This document shows, in pieces, positions 54,250 to 64,000 of a DNA stretch of 64,000 nt. The DNA is from Octopus sinensis (taxonomy: Eukaryota). Under the pieces are notes generated by a model. That model saw only the letters and a list, made by a program, of their open reading frames with translations, made no database searches and had not been told where the DNA came from. The stretch is taken from contig NC_043000.1 of assembly GCF_006345805.1 (NCBI RefSeq), positions 111,290,001 through 111,354,000 on the forward strand. The letters run 5' to 3'. Each line of letters opens with the position of its first letter. Position 1 is the first letter of the stretch. The position numbers and the translations under genes are program-made.

Positions 54250-54580
54250 TATATTTTCTTTTGATTCACAAGAAAGAAGAAAGAAAGAAGGACAGAAAGA
54301 ATGAAAAACTGAAAGAAAGAAAGAAGGAAAGAAGGTAGGAAAGAAAGAAAGAAGGAAGGAAAGAAGGGAAGAAAGAAAGAAGGGAAGAAAGAAGGAAAGA
54401 AAGAAAGAAGGGAAGAAAGAAAGAAGGAAAGAAAGAAAGAAGGAAAGAAGAAAGAAAGAAGGAAGGAAAGAAGGGAAGAAAGAAAGAAGGGAAGAAAGAA
54501 GGAAAGAAAGAAAGAAGGGAAGAAAGAAAGAAGGAAAGAAAGAAAGAAGGAAAGAAGAAAAGAAAGAAGGAAAGAGAGGA
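54250..54580 (+). repeat. (GAAA/GGAA)n polypurine tract
   Basis: ~300 bp of almost pure purines, starting ~20 nt into the intron after exon 54604. Confidence 0.9.
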
Positions 54581-54603
54581 AGTCTTGTGTAAATGTCACT
54601 TAC

Positions 54604-54811
54604 CGGCACCCATGAGACTTCCAATGCAAATAGAACTGACAAGAGACACTTCAGCTGAGGTTCCTTGGAAATATTTTCTAAATTCCAAATGGTAAATCCC
54701 AAGAGAAAATCCTCCACCAACAGCAATCATTTGGTTGAAGAATGCTGCCATCACCAACAGCCATCCCCATTTGTTTTCCTCATTGCCATAGAAGGGTTTC
54801 GCTCCAAACAT
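54604..54811 (-). CDS. SLC16/MCT-family monocarboxylate transporter-like MFS protein, first coding exon (TM1-TM2)
   Basis: Encodes MFGAKPFYGNEENKWGWLLVMAAFFNQMIAVGGGFSLGIYHLEF...GSLMGA, with the WGW TM1 signature of SLC16. Donor G|GTAAGT at 54604/54603. An upstream acceptor ttcAG| at 54836/54835 implies the exon starts at 54835 and an upstream exon exists. The reading frame is open from 54835, so the ATG at 54811 is the presumed, not proven, start. Confidence 0.85.
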
Positions 54812-55068
54812 ACTGGTTCCGTTGATGGGATACACCTGAAACTAAACACAGACATTCCTTCAGTTTCTTATTCAATGTAATTATTAGCATCATCATCATC
54901 ATCATCGTTATCATTATACTTATTATTACCAGGGTGGCTGTATGGTAAGAGTTTGCTTCCCAACCATATGGCCTTGAGTTTAGTCCCACTGTGGGGCATG
55001 TTCGGCAGATGTCTTCTACTCTAGGCAAGGGAAACTGAAGGAAGTGTGTTGTATATATGTATATAATA

Positions 55069-55115
<47 letters not shown>

Positions 55116-55323
55116 CATAATAGATTCAAAATTTAAAAAAGAGTGCCATTCTTATCTAGTGAACGATATTTTGACATCTTGTGTGTCTTCAACTGGTTCA
55201 AATAATAATGTTGTCAATCTACTTCATTTTGGTTGATATATAAAGGATTGAGGTAACTCCTCCAGAAGATAATTTCAATTTTGACTCTATATCTTCAGGA
55301 GGAGTTACCTCAATCCTTTATAT

Positions 55324-55373
<50 letters not shown>

Positions 55374-56092
55374 GGATTCTTGTTAGAATCAGGTGCTTAA
55401 AAGAATATGCACCAGGTAGGGTTGGATAAACCTGTGGTCACTACCTATGGTTGATTAAATATCTAATAGGAAATTCCAGTTATGCACATAGAATAACCCA
55501 TCCCTATGAGTATTAAGCACCTAAGGGCTGGTCCAAAGTGCACGTTGTATTGATCATACATTGTTTGGTATACTCCAGGGTGTCCGTGTCGTGAATCCTT
55601 ATGGTGTATTATAAGCAAATGAATAATAGCAGACGATGGATAAATGTCGGCTCTTTTATCCATCATCTGTTATTATTCATTTGCTTGTGTGTGTGTGTTA
55701 CTGTTTCCTTCCCTTGACATCATGTGATAGCTGTAATCAAGTGTCACTGTCATGCAAGTGATGTCCTTCATTTCAAGTCTTCCGTGAAAACATGTCTGGT
55801 CATGGATAAGTTCTTTTTTACTTGAAAACAGGTGAGGGCTGGTAACAGGAAGGGCATCCAGCCAAAGGAAAATTTGCTTCAATAAACTCCATCCAGCCCA
55901 TGTAAACATGGAAAAGTATATGTATACATACATACATATATATATATATTATATAAATTAGAGACAAAACCACTATTATGCTTGCATAATAGTGGTTTTG
56001 TCTCTAATTTATATAATATAATATTTTACTATAAATTGGATTCAATCCTAAATCTGATTTTTCCCTGTAAGTTTGGATTTATTCCCTAATAT

Positions 56093-56133
<41 letters not shown>

Positions 56134-57117
56134 GTTTATTAAATACATATATATATTAAATGTATATATATTTAGAAGTTGTTTGTTATGGCTGGTCAGA
56201 GAGTGACCATTGGCTTAGCACTTATAAAGTGCTTAGCTGTATAGGCAACTTGTCAAACTCAAATACACACACATACACATATAGACACAAACATATACAT
56301 ACAATATGCGTGTGTGTGCATATATGTATGTATATATATATATATATATACTGTATGTGTATCTATATATGTACATATATATATATTCTACAATATATAA
56401 ATAGACATTGCTATAGTATAATTTCAGAAATACATTCAAACACTAATGTATGTATGTATGTACATGTGTGCATATATGTGTGTATGCAAGTGTGTGTTTT
56501 GTGAGAGCGTGTATGTTTTAGCTAATCTATTTATATAAATACACCAACCAGATCATTTTTCAAACTATATCAAAAGCAGGAAGTGTTTCCTTTTCAAACA
56601 AATCACAGCAATTTCTGATCAATATGACATTGTTGTGTATATATATATATATATATGTGTGTGTTTGTGTGTGAGTAGGTGTATGTATGAAAGTATATGT
56701 TTATGATGTGTCTGTATGTAGCCATGTATGACGTAAACGTGTGTCTGTAGGTTTGTATAGTGATGTTGGTGGCTATATTTAGGTGGGTGTATATAAGCAC
56801 CAACCGATATGCTACCCCAATTAGCGTCTAATATAGTCATGTATCAAACTTGCAATTTAATTATGACGTAGACCGAAACCAGGATATGAATAGTAATTAG
56901 TTCCAATGTAAATGGTGTAGGATGCCTTCAGAATCATGTGGGTGTCTGTATATGTATGTATGTATGTGCATACATACGTATGTGTGTGTGTGTATATATA
57001 TATATATGTATGTATGTATATACACATGTATGTATATGTATATATACACATGTATACACATTCAAACATGATGTTGCCAAATTCTTGGGATATTCCAATA
57101 TCTTATCATCATCATCG

Positions 57118-57151
<34 letters not shown>

Positions 57152-57557
57152 TTAACGTCCATTTAACTTATCATCGTTTAACTTATGTGTATATTATATA
57201 CGTCCTGTCCACAATTGTATGTGTGTGTGTGTGTATACGTGGGCACATATCTTTGCATCTATGAATATGTTCAGGTATGAATATGTATAGGTATGTATAT
57301 GCATGTATGTGTGTGTGGTGTGTGTGTGTGTCAACATATATATATTATATATATGTATATATATATTATATATATGTGTGTCGGTGGCACATAAAAAGCA
57401 CCCACTACACTCACGGATTGGTTGGCGTTAGGAAGGGCATCCAGCTGTAGAAACACCACCAGATCTGACTGGCCTGGTGCAGCCTTCAGGCTTCCCAGAC
57501 CCCAGTTGAACCATCCAACCCATTCTAGCATGGAAAGCAGACGTTAAACGATGATGA

Positions 57558-57601
<44 letters not shown>

Positions 57602-58480
57602 TCGTCATATCATCATCGTCATCATCGTCATCATTTAGCATCCGTTTTCCTTGCTAGTGCATATGTTAGACAGCTTAACCAGAAATGATCGGCTGGAGAG
57701 CTGTACCAGGCTCCAGTCTCATTTGGTTTGGTTTTTGTGGCTGGATGCCCTTCCCAACACCAACCACTCCAAGAGTGTAGTGGGTGTCTTTTACATGTCA
57801 CCAGCATTGGTGTCTTTTACGTCCCAGCAGCACTGACCACAAACACAATCTCACTTGGCTTGACATGTCTTCTCACGCACAGCAAATTGCCAAAAGTCTC
57901 AATCACTTTTCATTGCCTCCCTGAGAATCAACAACCAGAGATCAAGCTTCACCATCTCATCCTATGTCTTCTTGGATCTACCTCTTCCACAGGTTCCCTC
58001 CACATTTAGACATCAGCACTTCTTTACGCAGCTGTCTTCATCTATACACATTGTATCACCAACACAGTCTGATTAATACTAGCACATATATATATATAAT
58101 AATGTACCATGTTCTCCATTTTTTGTCTTTGTTGCCATACACATTCGCTAACTTTCTTACAAAGGGGTCTAATGCTCTTGGCTTAGACTTATTTGGGGGC
58201 CACCAGATCAACTGTGTCAAGTGTAACTACCCGAAACAGTTGTGACTTCTGGTACTTGACTGAGGATAGAAGACCACGAATGCCCCCCCCACTTTTTTTT
58301 TTGCCTGTCCTTCTAATTTTTTCTCTTGTCTGCCTTTCTATTGTCTACCTGTCCAATGTTTTAATGCCCTCTATTGCATTTTTGTTCCTTTTACATATAT
58401 GTATATATTTGTGTGTGTATATATATATATATATATACACATATATATATGTGTGTATGTATATATATATATATATATAC

Positions 58481-58511
<31 letters not shown>

Positions 58512-58892
58512 TACGCACATATATATATATATATATCGAAATCGAATTGAACCAGCCAGGATTCCTGGTCTGGTTGTACGTAAAAAGCACTATCCGACTC
58601 GTGGCCGATGCCAGCGCCACCTCCACTGGCTTCCGTGCTGGTGGCACATAAAATACACCAATCCAACCGTGGCCGTTGCCAGCCTCGCCTGGCACCTGTG
58701 CAGGTGGCACGTAAAAAGCACCCACTACACTCACGGAGTGGTTGGCGTTAGGAAGGGCATCCAGCTGTAGAAACATTGCCAGATAAGACTGGAGCCTGGT
58801 GCAGCCTTCTGGCTTCCCAGATCCCCGGTCGAACCGTCCAACCCATGCTAGCATGGAGAACGGACGTTAAACGATGATGATGATGATGATAT

Positions 58893-58936
<44 letters not shown>

Positions 58937-59310
58937 CACACACACACACACACACACATACATATCTACCTGCCTGGCACAACTTGTATTATGTAGTAAA
59001 ATTGATTAAAAGAATTGAGTGAATTTGCTGTGGGGCGTGGAAAATCTAATGTCTGGACAGAGTCCCTTCTTCAGGGAAAAGTTAACAGGAACCAAATTAT
59101 AAAGAGATTGCTGTGTTTTACATCCCTTAAATTGCAAAAATTAACACTCCCTCCTCTTCCTAAACTTTTCCTCCCACCCTCGTAGAAGAGACAGTGCCAC
59201 ACAGTCAGGCTAAATCTGGAAACATGTAATTGGGAAGCAAGCTTTGGAAGCTTCTTACCACTCAGCCACACCTGAGACTATTCATATACATACATACATA
59301 CATACATACA

Positions 59311-59344
<34 letters not shown>

Positions 59345-59656
59345 CATAATATATACATACATACATACGTACGTACATACATACATAATACATACATACA
59401 TAATACATAATATATACATACATAATACATACATTGAAACATACATACACACACACATTTTGTATATTTTCCAAAGCGTTTCCTTTTCAAACAAATCATA
59501 TTGATTTTTAATCAATGGATCATTGTTGCGAATATGATTTGTGTGTGTGTGTGTGCACATATTTAATATATACTTGGTTAAGTATGTGTGTGTGTGCACA
59601 TAGCTTTGCATCTATGAATATGTTCAATCTGAGTGTTTATGTGAATGATCACTTTT

Positions 59657-59689
<33 letters not shown>

Positions 59690-59926
59690 TGTGTGTGTGT
59701 GCGTGTGTGTGTGTGTGTGTGTACATGTGTATGCATGCTTTGTCTTTTATCTTTTGTTTCAGTCATTGGACTGCAGCCATGAGGGGTTTTAGTTGAATAA
59801 ACCAACTCCATGAACTCCTTAAATCTGGTACTTATTGCCAAACTAAGATACAAGGACATAAACAAACCAACACCGGCTGTCAAGCAGTGGGATGGGAGAA
59901 GTAAGAATCACACACACACATGTATA

Positions 59927-60351
59927 CAGGATGTCCCAAAATTCAGGCAACCAATTCTTTAGAATTTTGCCAAAGCAAATCATTGTTATATCTCAGGTCT
60001 GAGCATTGCAATGCAATGGTAAAGGAGACACATTTATGACCCAACCACATTTAGTTCTATATTTAAGAGATAAGGAATTATTTACATTATCTACATTATT
60101 TACATTCAATGGATATTTGTCCTCGTCATGTTTGTTGTTAACACGTTTCGGCTGATATACCCTCCAGCCTTCATCAGGTGTCTTGGGGGAATTTTGAACC
60201 TGGGTTCTCATTCCTAAGGTATTTTTCGATGTTGTTGTTGTTGTTGTTGTTGTTGTTGCTGTTGCTGTTGTTGTTGTTGCTGTTGTTGTTGTTGCTGTTG
60301 TTGTTGTTGCTGTTGTTGTTGTTGCTGTTGTTGTTGTTGCTGTTGTTGTTG

Positions 60352-60390
<39 letters not shown>

Positions 60391-61612
60391 TTTATTCAGG
60401 TCACTGCCTGGAATCGGAATCGGAATCTTGGGGTTAGTAGCCCGCACTCTTAACCACTAAACCATATGCCTGAAGCATCTAATAAAATAATAATAAATAA
60501 AATAATAATAATAATAATAATAATAATATAATAATAATAATAATAATAACATCGAAAAATACCCTAGGAATGAGAACCCAGGTTCGAAATTTCTCCAAGA
60601 CACCTGATGAAGGCTGGAGGGTATATCAGCCGAAACGTTGTGTTAGCAACAAACACGATGGGGACAAATATCTATCAAATGTAAATAATGCAAATAATGT
60701 AAATGACCAGCTCTGTTTCGAATCACAGCCTTAAGTCTAGATGCGAATGCATCATACACAACACGCAGCTATTCTTGTGAAATCAAAGCCAATTCCTGGT
60801 GAAGTTTTGCCTTCAAAGCACCAAGCGAAAATGAGGGGTGCTCAAGACCCTTGTTTCCAAAATGGGTTGAGATCAGGGTTTCTTGAGGGCCATAGATCCT
60901 TGCCTATGAACAAAGGAATGTTTTTTTCTGAATCCAATGTTGTGTCTGTTATGAGTCTTCTTGGAGCCAGATACACTCTAAAGTCAACCATTCTGGTGGT
61001 TTACTGTTTGTTCAATATCAAATTTATTTTCATCAGTAAAAATTAGGTTGGGTAGTGTGCCTTCAGCAGTCTGACACACGATAAAACGATTTCTCTCCAG
61101 TCTCACGACCTTATAAACATGCAAGAGCTCATGACAGTGAATCATCTTGTAGGGATGGGTGCTGAGATCCTCCTTCAGCACTCAATATATTGATATTCAG
61201 CTTACTTTTGCTGTGGCAGCCAGTTTTCTGATGGAACAATGAGAATTTTACCATATCTTTTCTCTGGTACTTTTGAAAAGCTGAGGGGTCCACACACATC
61301 TTTTTCAGCCTTGTCCAGGTCGATCACTGGTGGAACCAGTCTCTTGAAATTTCTTGACAATTTTCCAGACTGTTGTTCAGTTAATTTTAAGCTTTTTTGC
61401 TATAGCTGTATTACATTTGCTTTGTTTATGAAAAGTTATGATTGTATTTCGGTCTATAGCCATTATCTAATTTATAGATCTGAATTTATTTAGTCTGAAA
61501 CAAAAACAAGACACACTAAGCTTTTATAATGATGTATAATTTTCATATCTTATCACATTTATTGATAGTTATTAAAGCCCCAAACTGGTTACCTTAATTT
61601 CAGGACACCCTG
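59927..61612 (-). mobile_element. Degenerate Tc1/mariner-superfamily (maT/DD37D-like) transposon with nested insertion
   Basis: TIRs CAGGATGTCCCAAAATTCAGGCAACCA / TGGTTACCTTAATTTCAGGACACCCTG; TA on the left; minus-strand NLIFTDENKFDIEQTVNHQN transposase remnant. Confidence 0.7.
60075..60705. mobile_element. Inverted pair of hammerhead-bearing repeats with a tRNA-like head between them
   Basis: 60075-60235 is the reverse complement of 60548-60705; the minus strand of 60400-60475 reads GCATATGGTTTAGTGGTTAAGAGTGCGGGCTAC...; core CTGATGA-aGGCTG..CAGCC-GAAACGTT at 60604-60639. Confidence 0.65.
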
Positions 61613-62310
61613 TGTGTGTGTGTGTGTGTGTATTTAATATATACATGGTGCAAACAGAGTTAGCGGTTATAATAACCGACTAAGGAATAAAAATATTTGT
61701 ATATGATGGTAATGAGGAGGAGGATATAATGTGTATACATGCATATACACTCACTACCAGGAAGTGACTGACGGAATGATTTAAGGACCATTCTCTATGT
61801 GACCTATAGAACAAGACAGGCTGGTAAGAGGTGAGAAAAAATTCCAACAGACTGTTGCTAATTCGGTTGTGGTATCACTTGGCACCACCTTAATGAGTCC
61901 ATCCATCATTACTCTCCCCAACTTATCCAAATGCTATTCCTATCAACAAACTAAAATCTTTTTTATGACCAAGACACTTAGCAACGAAAAATTTTATTCA
62001 GCTGTAAGTAGGTTAGTGTGAGGGATAATGCACCAGTCTACCTAGTAGTAAAGAGCCATCACAGCATAGTATACTTCACAGAATGGTATCTAGAAGAAGG
62101 TCACTCACAGACACCCCAATAAACCCTGAGCAGGTGAGGCCCTTCAGCTCTTTAGCTGCTCAGCTAAGAGAAGATAACTCTAGTCAGATTCTGCATCCTG
62201 GTAACTCCTGGACTCATGGACCTTGTTGCATCAGAACCAATACCATTTCGAAAGATGAGAGAGTGGGACTGGCTCAGCACAAAGCATGACCGATATAATA
62301 ACAGCAACAA

Positions 62311-62388
<78 letters not shown>

Positions 62389-62390
<2 letters not shown>

Positions 62391-62765
62391 ACAAGAGCAC
62401 TCAGAGAGCGCAAATTACTGCCAAAGCAACACCAACGTCCACTCAACGATTAGCCAGAGATGATTTTTAAAATGAGAATATCTGAAATAAACTCAACTGC
62501 TCTCCCAAACGGGAATACTAAAAATGAACCCAACTGTTTATCAAAAATTAAGTAGGGAAACAGGAAAAATAAACCAGAATCCTTGCCCAGTATTGGATCA
62601 ATCCCAACATCTAATCAGTTTGTGCCAGTCATGAGGCCAAATATCCCTGAAAGTTTCATCCGAATCCATCCAGTGGTTCTTGAGATATCTTGTCCACGGA
62701 CAAACAAACAAACAAACATGACTGAAAACAATACCTCTGCCTTTGCTAAGGTGGAGGCAATAATA
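62389..62765 (+). mobile_element. Helentron/HINE (DINE-1/pearl-like) non-autonomous element
   Basis: Begins taacaagag; internal tttcatccgaatccatccagtggttcttgagatat followed by (CAAA)n; 3' hairpin CCTCTGCCTT-tgct-AAGGTGGAGG (62734-62757). Confidence 0.5.
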
Positions 62766-63777
62766 AACCCTTGTTCCCTTGGAGAGTAATTCAAAGTTTA
62801 TAAACAGCTAAGGGAGTAAATCCCTATAGAAAATCCAGATGGAGGGGACCCTAAGATAGATATTAATGGTAAAACTAAACCAATATCTAGCATCTCCTAC
62901 GGTGCCACCGATGTCACGAATGTATTGACTTGTCTTTCTATCATGACATATCCAAGAATGAAGAGGCAGTAAGAATGGTAAAGGTTAGACACCTGCTTCT
63001 GGGGAGAACCAAGGCACAGAAGAAGTGGTTAGGTTAATGTCTCTGTAATACAATTGGCTTAACAATGAAAAAGACCAACCATGGGGCCCCATAGCCAAAT
63101 ATTTGATTCACTAGAAGTTGTAGTGCATGACAAAATGATTCATTGTTGTAATTAGTGGGAGTACTCTCAATCTGACCAGTGTTTCATAAGCTCGTGGGGC
63201 TGACAATGGCCATTCCTGGGTATGACGGTGATGCTGGGTTTGGGGAGGCTGTTGGCTAAGACAGACAAACAGTGACTGTGATCAACCCTTAGTTTACATC
63301 CACCACCACCACCATTACCACCACCACCGCTGCCACCTCTGCCGCTGCCGCCGCCACCAGCTCCTTCGCCATCACCACCACTGCTAGTGCCATCACCACC
63401 ACCATTACAGTGATCAAAAAACCTGACTGATTCCCATAAACAACAAACTTTAATGACCTGTCCAACCCATGTCACTATGATGGGCAGCAAAGAGGGTATG
63501 GGTGGGTGTGGGTGCAATGGAGTGGAGCAGGGGTGGGATAAGACGCAGGGTGGGGAAGCTAATTGGTTATTAGATAATGAGAAACAGATAAAGTAAATAT
63601 GTTGAAACCAAACAACAAAAGAGATGAATGGTCAGTGATGGTACAATGTGGAGGTGTGGAGATGGGACACACATGCACACACATGCATACATACACACAC
63701 ACATACACACATACATATATACATGCATACAAACATATGTACATATGTACGCATTTATACATACTTATGTATGTGTG

Positions 63778-63833
<56 letters not shown>

Positions 63834-64000
63834 CATACACATACATATATATATATGTACACACATACACACATATATGTATACACACACACTTATACAC
63901 ACATACTTATATACATGCATACAAACATGTACATGCACCACACACTCAACATAAATATATGCTTACACATATATACATACGTACATACACATATGTGTGT

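Noticed and set aside
55463-55666. 67-aa minus-strand ORF upstream of SLC16 as a candidate first exon
   Set aside because: It ends in a stop, has no transporter similarity and no convincing donor; it lies between a SINE and an (ATT)n tail.

Overview
Eukaryotic, AT-rich, extremely microsatellite- and repeat-rich DNA. The repeat style resembles a cephalopod (Octopus-like) genome; this is inference only. One host gene is supported: a minus-strand SLC16/monocarboxylate-transporter-family MFS gene with four coding exons (54811-54604, 52658-52515, 48884-48033, 45144-44987). All junctions are canonical GT-AG phase 1, giving 1362 nt and 453 aa. The rest is mostly mobile DNA: a young non-autonomous Ty3/Gypsy LTR element with a tRNA-Leu PBS and an internally deleted RT, Tc1/mariner remnants and MITEs, palindromic GG-ended MITEs, R4/Dong-like and RTE-like LINE fragments, several tRNA-derived SINE families and a Helentron/HINE-like element. 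Most ORF-track entries are translated microsatellites. The most notable hidden signal is RNA-structural. At least four unrelated non-coding repeats carry hammerhead-ribozyme cores. The best is a complete type I hammerhead (40733-40832) inside a 593-bp unit with identical 249-bp terminal redundancy (retrozyme-like or Penelope pLTR-like). Another is a tRNA-headed SINE-like repeat carrying a minimal hammerhead (60075-60705). The window is also unusually dense in fold-back structures, including a ~4.2 kb inverted duplication centred on a palindromic MITE.
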